Shown: positions 4,794 to 13,146, numbered from the stretch's first letter. The stretch is DNA of 14,045 bases from Candidatus Aenigmatarchaeota archaeon (GCA_043799675.1 JAZDNN010000013.1:1-14045); one strand, 5' to 3'. Translations and numbers: made by a program. The notes: generated by a model from the sequence alone, not told the origin.

Positions 4794-7256
4794 TCAACCG
4801 ACCTCCGTACCGAATTTCACGGAAGACGCCTCTTCGACGTATATTCCGACCTTGTCCCCGGCAGTCAGGGTGAAATCGGTGCCGATGTCCGTGTCACCCT
4901 CGATCGCCCATTTCAGCCAGCCGTCCGAATCCGATATCCATTTGGCAATCACGCTGCACTTGTTCACCGAACCGCATAGCTTTGAGGCAGTGCCCGAATA
5001 CCCCGGCGGAACCATGAAATAGTTGTACTCCCCGGGCTGTAACGGATATTCCGTACCTGCCGCGGCCTGGATGACCTTTGCGCCCAGAGGATCCAGGACC
5101 ACCCAGGTGCTGTCGAAGTAGCAGACGCCGTCCTCCCGTATGCGCAAATATTGGAACGCATGCTCCCCGCCGATGTACAGGAAATTGTTTGCGGGGTATT
5201 CCTGTGCGACCATTGTGCTCACCGGAGTCCAGCTCTGCAGGTCGTCGGATATCTCGACGGTCAGGGTCGCGGGGCAGTCGGCGTTGTACAGCCGCACCAT
5301 CACGGTGATGTTGTTCGAATGGGTGATTTCGCCGAAATCGTAGGTATGCTCCGAAACGGAGGCCTGACAGCTGTCCGTCATGTACCTTGCCTTCATCTCC
5401 ATAGAGTCCAAGCAGGTCATCTGGTTGGTACTCAGGCTCAGCGAGCAGGCGTTCTTTATGTCCGTCTTCTTCAGCCCGAGATAATCAGCAACAAACGTGA
5501 GGTTCAGGCTCTCGTTCTGTCCGACCTTCAGGTCCGGCTTCACCAGGTCGATCAGCTCTGCCGGCTCGGTGCACTGCACCTTGTCCGTGTCCTTCTCCGC
5601 CCCGTAATTGTACTGGATGCAGCAGGACGTGAACACGTCCGCAACCGTATCCAGGGGCTTGGTCCCCTTCATCTTGCTGCTGGTCAGTTCCTTCCACGGC
5701 ATACCGGGCCACATGGCGGCTTCGACGCACGCCACCGAGGACCTGCACACGTCCACGTCCAGGCACGGCAGGAACGCGAAGGTCTTGAGCAGCGTCTCGG
5801 TCTTCGAGGTCGGCAATCCCTCCATGGTGGAGTACCGGTTGAGGAACGCCTTGGTCACGGTGCTGGCCTTCGACCAGCTTGAAAGGCCCCTCATGCCTCC
5901 GGCCACATTGGTGCCCATTTCGGTCCCGAATTCGCCGACCGTGTCCCCTATCACGGCCTCGGCGAGGGTCCTGGATTCCGTCTCCGTGACCGTCTCGCCC
6001 AGCCCCAGGGTCGCCTTTTCGTATCCTTCCTTGATCCCCCTCGTCATCGCCGTTTCCGCCACGTCGCTGCCCGATTCCGCAAGTATCTTCTCCGTGGTCT
6101 GTTCGACGATTTCCTTCTCGGCAAGAGGGGTCAGTTCCCTTCCTGTCAGCTGCTGCGCCTGCTTCACTCCGGCCCTCACCGATATCTCGATGGCGCTCTT
6201 TGCGGTCTCCTCGTTCATCTCCCTCACCGTCACCTTTGTCACCAGCCTTTCGGTCACCTGCTTGATGACCTCCTTTTCCGTTCCCTTGGTGATTCCCTTC
6301 TCAACGGCACCCTTGATTATGTCCTCCGTCATTTCCTTCACTATTTCCTTGCTCACCACTTTCAATGTCACCTTCACGGTCGTCTTGGCCCCTTCCTCCG
6401 CCGCCGCCTTGCTGCCGAGGGACAGGATGTCAAGGGCAATCATCCCGGCCTCGCACGACCCCTCGCCGGCATATGCAAGCATCAATCCGCCCAACACGTT
6501 CTCGTCCGCATAGCAGTAGTTGGAACCGTCAGCGGGGAGCTTGTCCGGACGGGCGTATATTTCCCCATCAAAATTCTTCCAGAAATTCACATTGGCATAG
6601 CAAGGCGAGACAAGGTAGAATTTTGGGTTATCTGCCGCGAAACTAAGCCCCTTTCTCTGCAATACCACGTCGGTCACCGTGCCTCCGACCGGCACCACGT
6701 CCTCCTGCCCCCGCGAGTTGAAGCACAGCCCCTGCCCTTCGGTGCAGGGCTTCTGCAGGTAATTGGTGTAGAAGAACTGTTTGAACTGGGTGAGGGTGGG
6801 CCTTACGTCGTAAGGCCTCTGCCCGAGGTATGCCCTTTCGAACGGATAGGACTCGACGAAGCCCCACGTCCCGCCCTGCAGGAGCGTATTGTACTGCTGC
6901 GTCGGGAACTGCTGATAATATATCATGTATTCGGGCACCATCAGCCCGACGTAGTTCTGGACGTATCCCACCCCGTATATCGAGAAACCGCTCTCCTGGC
7001 ACAGCCTGACCGTCGCATGGTTGCACTCCATGCCGGTCGTGGGGTCCTTTATTCCGTAATAGCCGGTTGGCTCGCCGTATTTTGCGGCGCACTCTATCGC
7101 GTCCCTCACCTCCTGTGCGCTGACCTGCGCCATGCGGTCGCAATCACTGTGCGGGAACATGACGTAAAACAGCGCCGCGGTGACCACCAGAAGTATCATA
7201 CCGAATACCAGCCAGACGGTGTGCTGGGCGACACCCTTGATGCCCTTTGACCGCAT
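4794..7256 (-). CDS. Large pilin-like protein / putative adhesin (820 aa)
   Basis: MRSKGIKG/VAQHTVWLVFGMILLVVTAALFYVMF; Cys-rich domains flank a K/E/T/V/A/G-rich segment; C-terminal beta-rich region. Start at 7256 (not 7313) based on the leader and a TATA 22-31 nt upstream. Confidence 0.8.
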   Translation of the reverse strand: MRSKGIKGVAQHTVWLVFGMILLVVTAALFYVMFPHSDCDRMAQVSAQEVRDAIECAAKYGEPTGYYGIKDPTTGMECNHATVRLCQESGFSIYGVGYVQNYVGLMVPEYMIYYQQFPTQQYNTLLQGGTWGFVESYPFERAYLGQRPYDVRPTLTQFKQFFYTNYLQKPCTEGQGLCFNSRGQEDVVPVGGTVTDVVLQRKGLSFAADNPKFYLVSPCYANVNFWKNFDGEIYARPDKLPADGSNYCYADENVLGGLMLAYAGEGSCEAGMIALDILSLGSKAAAEEGAKTTVKVTLKVVSKEIVKEMTEDIIKGAVEKGITKGTEKEVIKQVTERLVTKVTVREMNEETAKSAIEISVRAGVKQAQQLTGRELTPLAEKEIVEQTTEKILAESGSDVAETAMTRGIKEGYEKATLGLGETVTETESRTLAEAVIGDTVGEFGTEMGTNVAGGMRGLSSWSKASTVTKAFLNRYSTMEGLPTSKTETLLKTFAFLPCLDVDVCRSSVACVEAAMWPGMPWKELTSSKMKGTKPLDTVADVFTSCCIQYNYGAEKDTDKVQCTEPAELIDLVKPDLKVGQNESLNLTFVADYLGLKKTDIKNACSLSLSTNQMTCLDSMEMKARYMTDSCQASVSEHTYDFGEITHSNNITVMVRLYNADCPATLTVEISDDLQSWTPVSTMVAQEYPANNFLYIGGEHAFQYLRIREDGVCYFDSTWVVLDPLGAKVIQAAAGTEYPLQPGEYNYFMVPPGYSGTASKLCGSVNKCSVIAKWISDSDGWLKWAIEGDTDIGTDFTLTAGDKVGIYVEEASSVKFGTEVG

Positions 7257-7277
7257 GTTGAATGGAATGTGAGGGCC

Positions 7278-7287
7278 TTTTAATAAA
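7278..7287 (-). promoter_or_regulatory. Internal TATA box TTTATTAAAA for the 820-aa gene and downstream genes
   Basis: AT-rich box in a 41-nt gap, 22-31 nt upstream of ATG 7256; no SD before that ATG. Confidence 0.6.
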
Positions 7288-7297
7288 GTCTCTCCGG

Positions 7298-7612
7298 TCA
7301 GCGGTTGCAGCACCTGTCAACGGTCGTTCCCGCCTTGCTCGCCAACAAACTCAGCAACATCTGGCCGTCAGGGTTTCCGTCGCTGTCAAATTCCTTTCCT
7401 ATTACGCACACGAAGCCCTGATTTGGGGTGTCGGAATCGCAGTTCCCCTCTATCATATAGGAGCTGCAGCAGCTGTTGTAGTAACCGGTGATGACCTGGC
7501 TGTTCTCCAGTCCGGGGATGAAACCGAGCATTATTGCGGCGATGATGATGATTACCACCGCTATGATTATCGCGACCAGCACCTCCATCGGCATGCTGAT
7601 GGACGCCTTCAT
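7298..7612 (-). CDS. Pilin-like protein with class III signal peptide (104 aa, 6 Cys)
   Basis: MKA/SISMPMEVLVAIIIAVVIIIIAAIML; similar in size and N-terminus to 1716..2036. Confidence 0.8.
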   Translation of the reverse strand: MKASISMPMEVLVAIIIAVVIIIIAAIMLGFIPGLENSQVITGYYNSCCSSYMIEGNCDSDTPNQGFVCVIGKEFDSDGNPDGQMLLSLLASKAGTTVDRCCNR

Positions 7613-7773
7613 GCACTTCCACCTATGCCGAGCCCCTGAATGAGCTTTGCTATCTGGTCAAAGAAAGGTAACGAGAGCCCGCTGGTCATGCTGAGGGCAA
7701 TCAGTCCTATACCCAGCAGAATCAGGGCTATCACGATCAGGGTCATCGTATCTACGGGCATCTGTATTGTCAT
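7609..7773 (-). CDS. Small pilin-like membrane protein (54 aa), no basic leader
   Basis: MTIQMPVDTMTLIVIALILLGIGLIALSMTSGLSLPFFDQIAKLIQGLGIGGSA*; ATG abuts the upstream TGA and its stop overlaps the next ATG. Not in the ORF track. Confidence 0.75.
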   Translation of the reverse strand: MTIQMPVDTMTLIVIALILLGIGLIALSMTSGLSLPFFDQIAKLIQGLGIGGSA

Positions 7774-7944
7774 TCAACCGCCCACCGGGGTCCCGCTGAC
7801 CATCTTGTTCAACGCATCGACTATTCCGGTCCAGAGACCCGTCGCTGCCTGAAAAATCTGGTCCCTCGTTCCCACAAACACCGCCAGGCATATTACGACC
7901 ACGACTATTATCAGCAGGAGCTGCCAGTTCTCAAACCCTTTCAT
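7774..7944 (-). CDS. Small pilin-like protein (56 aa)
   Basis: MKG/FENWQLLLIIVVVVICLAVFVG...; ATGA overlap at 7941-7944. Equals the C-terminal part of track ORF 7774..8049. Confidence 0.8.
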   Translation of the reverse strand: MKGFENWQLLLIIVVVVICLAVFVGTRDQIFQAATGLWTGIVDALNKMVSGTPVGG

Positions 7945-8039
7945 CCCCCCACCATCCTCAGCAGTACGGTCACCAATATCACCGCTACCAATATCCCTAT
8001 CAGCAGCATCAGCGTTCCCGCGTTTATCTCTCCCTTCAT
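7941..8039 (-). CDS. Micro pilin-like protein (32 aa)
   Basis: MKG/EINAGTLMLLIGILVAVILVTVLLRMVGG*; ATGA overlaps at both ends. Confidence 0.75.
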   Translation of the reverse strand: MKGEINAGTLMLLIGILVAVILVTVLLRMVGG

Positions 8040-8209
8040 TTGATACCACCGATTATCCCGAACGCCCTCAGTATGTCCGCCAGGCTGCTCTTGCTTGACA
8101 ACTCCTTCAGCGGGTCCAGTACACCGGTTGCCAGCCCTATGGAAAAAAGCGTTATAGCCACCACAAGAATCATCACCACGATTATCTTCGGGTCGAGAAC
8201 GCCTCTCAT
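8036..8209 (-). CDS. Small pilin-like protein (57 aa)
   Basis: MRG/VLDPKIIVVMILVVAITLFSIGLATGVLDPLKELSSKSSLADILRAFGIIGGIK*; ATGA overlaps at both ends. Not in the ORF track. Confidence 0.78.
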   Translation of the reverse strand: MRGVLDPKIIVVMILVVAITLFSIGLATGVLDPLKELSSKSSLADILRAFGIIGGIK

Positions 8210-9921
8210 CCTTCACCGGCCTCCGATGCCCCCTCAACCGGTCCGAGGTCCTCGATTATCAGTGCCATGTCCTGGTACCTGTGGACGTCCTTGAAATAGA
8301 AGTACGTATGCGGATCGCCCCCTTTGCCGTGGCAATCACTCGAACACATGCTCGTGCTTTCGCTCCTGCCGTTGTCAAACACGCAGGCTACGCAGGCACG
8401 GTCCCCGGGTTGGGTGCAAAGACCGCACGAAGGCTTTTTCCAGTCGCCTTCAAAAACCTTCGACTTCCACCAGCGCATGACCACGCGGTAGACATGTGTG
8501 GTATCCAGCGGGCTGTTCTCGTCTATCCTGCCCGATTCCCTCCTCACGAGGACCTTGTTTATCTCCTTGGCCTTGGGCCCGCTGGATTCCTGGTCGATAA
8601 AACCGTAATCGGTGCTTTTGTCCGCGAGTCCCGAGAAAAACCGCCAGCTCTTCGGGATCATGAGGGAATTGTAGCAGTCATCCCCGATGCAGTTCACGTA
8701 ACCGAAGTCGTATTTCGACCCCAGCTTGGATACGAAGTAGCTCATCATGCTGTTCAGGGTGACGGCATCCGTCGGCTGGAAGGTGACGTCGTACCTCGTC
8801 CTCAGCTCGGGATATTGCGCGGCATCAAGGTTAGTGATGAAATCCGTCCCGTCCTGCAGCAACTTGTCCGACAGTTCCGTCGTGCTGATTTTGCCGAGGT
8901 CCGTCGTTTCGGGGACGCGGTAAAATTCGACGACGTATTGCTTGTTGTTCCTGTTCCATATCAGCAGCCATGTGTACTTCGGCTCGCAGAACGGGCCGCT
9001 GTCATCGAACTTCGTCGCCTCGTCCTTGCAATCCAGGTTGGTGTTCACGCACTGCGAGGGCGGCCACGATTTGCCGTCGGTATTCCAGTCCGTATCGTCA
9101 ACGTAGGAAATCATGGTCTTGTCGGAGCATAGCAGTCCCCCGGTGGGTCCGTACCAGGCACCTATCTCGTCGCTGACCTGGCTCTTGCTCCCGCTCGGGC
9201 AGACACCCTTGCAATCGGTGCTGCCGTCCGCAACAACGGAGCTGCACTTTTCGTTGCCGAAATAGATGGCGGCCTTCGTGCCAAGGGCCGTTCCCACCGA
9301 GAACGGTTCCGGTTTGTCCGATTTTCCCGTGCACATGTTTATGCTGCCCACTTTCAGGTGGCTCAGTGCGGTCGACACGCACTTCTCGTCCACGTAGGGG
9401 GTGTCGCAGGCCCACTGCTCGCCGGTATCCGTGCAGCCCTTGGCATTCATTATCATGTTCTGTTGCTGCTCCGTGATATCGGAAAAGTTCCAGAAGCCGC
9501 CGGTCGCGCTGTCCGGGTTCCAGAGTATCTTGAAGGTGCCGCGCGCGACCACCGTCCTTTCCGGGGTGAACCTCAACTTGAAATAGGTGTTGTCATTGCT
9601 TTTTTCCGGCCGCTTGCCGTCGTAACCGTACGCGGTTATATCGGACCGTATCGCCTTAGCTATGCTGCAGGCAATCTCGGTCGAGGTCGTCCGTTCAAAA
9701 TATACGGAGCCGAAATCCCCCGAATTACCGCCGGTCTCGGCGAACGTCCCGAACTGCGCCGAATCAAGCATGTCGGGATATACTATGCCCTCGGACAGCG
9801 CATTGAGGTCCGCGATGTTAATCATGCCTTGCGCATACATGATTATCACGACGATGATTGCGGCAAAAATGGTCAGCCCGACGACACCCATCAGCGTCTT
9901 TACGGATTCTTCCATGTTCAC
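8206..9921 (-). CDS. Large Cys-rich membrane-anchored or pilin-like protein (571 aa)
   Basis: N-terminal hydrophobic helix LMGVVGLTIFAAIIVVIIMYA; many Cys; D/S/T/G-rich extracellular-type composition; GTGA overlap upstream. Confidence 0.8.
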   Translation of the reverse strand: MNMEESVKTLMGVVGLTIFAAIIVVIIMYAQGMINIADLNALSEGIVYPDMLDSAQFGTFAETGGNSGDFGSVYFERTTSTEIACSIAKAIRSDITAYGYDGKRPEKSNDNTYFKLRFTPERTVVARGTFKILWNPDSATGGFWNFSDITEQQQNMIMNAKGCTDTGEQWACDTPYVDEKCVSTALSHLKVGSINMCTGKSDKPEPFSVGTALGTKAAIYFGNEKCSSVVADGSTDCKGVCPSGSKSQVSDEIGAWYGPTGGLLCSDKTMISYVDDTDWNTDGKSWPPSQCVNTNLDCKDEATKFDDSGPFCEPKYTWLLIWNRNNKQYVVEFYRVPETTDLGKISTTELSDKLLQDGTDFITNLDAAQYPELRTRYDVTFQPTDAVTLNSMMSYFVSKLGSKYDFGYVNCIGDDCYNSLMIPKSWRFFSGLADKSTDYGFIDQESSGPKAKEINKVLVRRESGRIDENSPLDTTHVYRVVMRWWKSKVFEGDWKKPSCGLCTQPGDRACVACVFDNGRSESTSMCSSDCHGKGGDPHTYFYFKDVHRYQDMALIIEDLGPVEGASEAGEG

Positions 9922-10109
9922 ACCTCGACTATCCGCGGCCCTCCGAAATAATACATCATGTCATACCACAGTCTCCTGAACAGGCTGTACACGAACCCTC
10001 CCGGGTCGCCGTTTGACAGGATTCCCAGGAAGACGACGGTAAGCAGCACCCCGACGGTCAGGATGATTACCATCCACATTCCCTCGTCGGATATCTGCAG
10101 TCCCTTCAT
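9918..10109 (-). CDS. Small pilin-like protein (63 aa)
   Basis: MKG/LQISDEGMWMVIILTVGVLLTVVFLGIL. Confidence 0.78.
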   Translation of the reverse strand: MKGLQISDEGMWMVIILTVGVLLTVVFLGILSNGDPGGFVYSLFRRLWYDMMYYFGGPRIVEV

Positions 10110-10139
10110 CTCAATTCATCCCGTTTCCCATTTAATAAC

Positions 10140-10328
10140 CTATCTCAGTATTGCGTGCAGCTGCGATATCACGTACATGGCTATGGTCGTCATGATTCCC
10201 TGAAGGATGCCAAACATCCCTTCCGGTCCGAACCCGCCGAGCAGGGAAAACACCACAATCATGATTATCACCACCAGCACCACTCCAATCACCAGCCACA
10301 TGCTCTCCCCGCTCAGTCTGGTCGACAT
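10140..10328 (-). CDS. Small pilin-like protein (62 aa)
   Basis: MSTRLSG/ESMWLVIGVVLVVIIMIVVFSLLGG; E-x-MW pattern shared with 9918..10109. The leader is atypical. Confidence 0.72.
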   Translation of the reverse strand: MSTRLSGESMWLVIGVVLVVIIMIVVFSLLGGFGPEGMFGILQGIMTTIAMYVISQLHAILR

Positions 10329-10332
10329 ATCA

Positions 10333-10833
10333 TCACTTGCAGAACGCCACGTCCGCTATCAGCATGATGCGGCTCATGTGCTTGGTCGTATCCCATTGGT
10401 TTTTCTCGTCGATTATTTTCTGGCAGCCGCTCCTGAAACCGTTCCTGTCCTGGCAATACTTTTCCCTTTCCGTATAGCTGAGCTTCTCGCAGAACGCCGT
10501 CATGCCGGATTCCGCCTTCTGGCAGGTACCGAGTTTTTCCTCCTGCGACAGGTCGCAATAGGTTTTCAGCTGGCTGTCGGTTATGGCACAGATGGCCAGA
10601 TCGTCCTCCAGGGGCTTGGAGCAGAACTGGTCGGCCGTCTGCTTGCCGAACAGTCCTATCTCCCTCCCGAGGGATTCAATGTTCTGGTTCAGGCAATCCC
10701 AGAAGTTCCCGCACGGGAATTTTATTATGTCCGTGGAGGCAAGAATGACCAGCACCGCGGCAAAGATGAGCAGAGCTATGATTGTCACCAGCATCAGGTC
10801 CCCGGATTTCTCGGAAAGCACTTCAACCATCAT
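10333..10833 (-). CDS. Cys-rich pilin-like protein (166 aa)
   Basis: ...EKSG/DLMLVTIIALLIFAAVLVILAS; regularly spaced Cys with an internal near-repeat (YCD-LSQEEKLGTCQK / FCEKLSYTEREKYCQD). Confidence 0.78.
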   Translation of the reverse strand: MMVEVLSEKSGDLMLVTIIALLIFAAVLVILASTDIIKFPCGNFWDCLNQNIESLGREIGLFGKQTADQFCSKPLEDDLAICAITDSQLKTYCDLSQEEKLGTCQKAESGMTAFCEKLSYTEREKYCQDRNGFRSGCQKIIDEKNQWDTTKHMSRIMLIADVAFCK

Positions 10834-10834
10834 A

Positions 10835-10963
10835 TCACGTTATGCTTACCCCGACCAGCTTGTCGAAGATGAACATCACCAGTATCACGAAAACGGCGAC
10901 CGATGCCAGCGCAAACAACGTCCAGAAGACTGTCATCGTCGGCCTCTCGGCCTGTCCCTTCAT
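10835..10963 (-). CDS. Micro pilin-like protein (42 aa)
   Basis: MKG/QAERPTMTVFWTLFALASVAVFVILVMFIFDKLVGVSIT*; SD GGAGGT lies in the end of the upstream gene; fills the gap between neighbours. Not in the ORF track. Confidence 0.75.
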   Translation of the reverse strand: MKGQAERPTMTVFWTLFALASVAVFVILVMFIFDKLVGVSIT

Positions 10964-10965
10964 GC

Positions 10966-13089
10966 TCACGAACCTCCCGTCAGCTGCAGGGGCATCAGGA
11001 GGTCGTGTATGGAGCTCCCGAACACCGAATAGGTGATTACCCAGCTCAACCCGTACACCAGCATGGCTATTATGATGACCTTTCCAACCGTGTTCCTCAC
11101 CCCTATCGCATCGTCCCCGAACTGCAACCTGTTAAGGAAATACGAAAGCAGGACCGCTATCTCGAGCATGTACAGACCGACGATCAGCTGGAATACGACC
11201 GGCGAAATAGAGATGCCGCCGCTCTTGAGCCACGGCAGGGTTATCATCGAGGCCGACACGCCCGCCTCCGGTCCCTGTGAAATGAGGCTGAGCTGACCGC
11301 CCAGCTGCGTAAGTATCTGTATTATCACCACTGCCATTGTGATTGTCACGCCTGCGACCAGCGGGGTGAGAAGCATCGCAAGGAACCGCATGCTGGTTAT
11401 GGTCTCGCCAAGCACGTCCTCCACCTGCTCCCTCACCGCATGCATCCCCTTCAGGTAGCTGGAAATGGTTATCATCGCGTCGCTCGACGCGCTCATCCCC
11501 TTCCTGCTGGATTCGACTATGGTGGTCATCACGCTCCGTATCAGCCTCGACGGATACCACCATACCGCGCCCACCGAAGGGTCGAACAGCGCCTGCTCGA
11601 ACGTGTAACCGAACCGCCGCATGTTGTTGCTGGTGCGCGAGAACAGGTCGGCTATCTTCATGCCTTTCAGGGTCGTCGCCGCCTTGTCCACCGCCAGCTC
11701 GATGGGCATCCCGCCGGTTATCGCCGAGCCCAGCTGGAACAGCGCGGTCCCGAACTCGCCCTCTATGCTTTCGATGTCGTTCCTTACCTTGAGCTTCTGC
11801 AAGCTGTCCAGCAGGCAATAAATCGCGATGCCGAGCCCGACGGCCATGATCGTCAGGACCGAAAGGTTCACGTAGGTGAACGTATTGTCCCCCGCGCATT
11901 CCGCGGCCGGAGCGCTGAAGCACGGTCCTATGAGGAAAATTGTGAGCAGGATCAGCGGCACCGCTATCAGCACCGGCAGCGGCCATATGGGCAGAAGCCT
12001 GCTTCCCACCTTCAGCTTGCCCAGCGGCGGCACGTCCTTGGCCAACGAAACATCCGGTTGCGAGAAGGTCGGAGGCCGCGCAAGCAGGACGTTGGAGATT
12101 ATGAACCACAGCCCTATCGGCAGGATGACGTCATAGAGCAGAAACAGCATCGAGGGGCTGACGGTATCCGACATGAACACGACCACTATCGGGAACAGCA
12201 CCAGGCCCATCACGGGCAGGAGCACCCCGAGCGCGTGTATGAGCATCACAGGCATGCGCAGGTTGGTGACGTACTTCTTGGTCTTCTCGGCCGTCCCGTT
12301 CAAAATGAGTGTGATGGTCTCGTCAAACAGCTTTGTCCTCTTTCCGGTCTCGACCGACGCGCTGCTCCTGAGCAGGTTTATAGCCTCGGAAAATTCCTCG
12401 TTGCTCTTCCTCCATCTGATCGAATAGGCGGCCAACGCTTCGTCGGCGGACGGCCATGCACCGAGCTGGATGTCCCAGAGCATCTTCTTGAGGTCCCAGC
12501 TCAGCGGACCGGTAAGGGTCTCGGCCGCAAACCTTATCGCGCCCTCCAGGTTCGGGCTGGTCCGCATGTACACCACCATGTACAGGACCGCCAGGACCGA
12601 ATCCGCGGACATCCGCATGGTCACCGCCTGCGAATTGTTCTTGGGATAGCTCCATATCAGCCATGCGGTCATTGCCGTGACGATGCCCATGAAAAGTATC
12701 AACGCGCTGCTGAACGCCACCATGATTGACAGCAGGGTGGCTGCCAGCAGCAGGACAGTGACAAGGACGGTCAACGCCACGACTTTGGAGGCATCGACCG
12801 CAAGGTACCCTTCCTTGGCCGCCATGTCAATCCCGGCAAAATCGGCCTTGACCTTCAACGGCAATACTTTTCCTGCAAAAGCTGCCGCCTTCTCGTACAT
12901 GCTGAACGGCTTCGCCCTGATTTCCTTCAGGAACTCCGTGTACTCCGTGGGGTAGGGCCTGAATGCCGCCCGTCCCGGAAGCGTGGCCTGCGGCGAGGAA
13001 TTTATTATCTTCTCAAGCTCCTTCCTGCGTTCCTCCGCGGCCTTGAGAGCCTTTTCACGGACCTTGTCCCCCCTTTTCAGCAGCGGCAT
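10966..13089 (-). CDS. tadC: Type IV pilus assembly membrane platform protein, T2SS-F (TadB/TadC-like) double domain (707 aa)
   Basis: Two T2SS-F-like units (SPNLEGAIRFAAETLTGPLSWDLKKMLWDIQLG; EFGTALFQLGSAITGGMPIELAVDKAA), each followed by several TM helices; heads the pilin-like gene array. Confidence 0.8.
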   Translation of the reverse strand: MPLLKRGDKVREKALKAAEERRKELEKIINSSPQATLPGRAAFRPYPTEYTEFLKEIRAKPFSMYEKAAAFAGKVLPLKVKADFAGIDMAAKEGYLAVDASKVVALTVLVTVLLLAATLLSIMVAFSSALILFMGIVTAMTAWLIWSYPKNNSQAVTMRMSADSVLAVLYMVVYMRTSPNLEGAIRFAAETLTGPLSWDLKKMLWDIQLGAWPSADEALAAYSIRWRKSNEEFSEAINLLRSSASVETGKRTKLFDETITLILNGTAEKTKKYVTNLRMPVMLIHALGVLLPVMGLVLFPIVVVFMSDTVSPSMLFLLYDVILPIGLWFIISNVLLARPPTFSQPDVSLAKDVPPLGKLKVGSRLLPIWPLPVLIAVPLILLTIFLIGPCFSAPAAECAGDNTFTYVNLSVLTIMAVGLGIAIYCLLDSLQKLKVRNDIESIEGEFGTALFQLGSAITGGMPIELAVDKAATTLKGMKIADLFSRTSNNMRRFGYTFEQALFDPSVGAVWWYPSRLIRSVMTTIVESSRKGMSASSDAMITISSYLKGMHAVREQVEDVLGETITSMRFLAMLLTPLVAGVTITMAVVIIQILTQLGGQLSLISQGPEAGVSASMITLPWLKSGGISISPVVFQLIVGLYMLEIAVLLSYFLNRLQFGDDAIGVRNTVGKVIIIAMLVYGLSWVITYSVFGSSIHDLLMPLQLTGGS

Positions 13090-13110
13090 GGAGAAAGTTG
13101 CAGGGCCCGC

Positions 13111-13125
13111 TATTAAAGATTTATA
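13111..13125. promoter_or_regulatory. Back-to-back TATA boxes of a divergent promoter
   Basis: Minus-strand TTTAATA (13111-13117) is 22-28 nt from ATG 13089; plus-strand TTTATA (13120-13125) is 22-27 nt from GTG 13147. Confidence 0.65.
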
Positions 13126-13146
13126 CGTACTCGGGCAATCCCTGCC

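Noticed and set aside
5608..6513. 301-aa Ser-rich plus-strand ORF
   Set aside because: Antisense mirror of the Glu/Lys/Thr-rich segment of the 820-aa gene.
7774..8237. Track starts at 8049 and 8237 (also 7313, 2643, 1178)
   Set aside because: These extensions overlap upstream genes or promoter boxes. Internal MKG/MR leaders with ATGA overlaps or TATA spacing define better starts.
2694..9951. Other long plus-strand ORFs (2694..3536, 5151..5882, 8281..9132, 9358..9951 and similar)
   Set aside because: All are antisense to a tightly tiled minus-strand operon and show no recognisable motifs.
11440..12729. 429-aa plus-strand ORF and 325-aa alternative-frame ORF 11132..12109
   Set aside because: Shadow frames of the platform gene; Arg/His/Gly-rich composition typical of off-frame translation in GC-rich DNA.
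2670..13089. Archaellum operon
   Set aside because: No archaellin-like N-terminal consensus and no ArlH/ArlI-like genes are visible.
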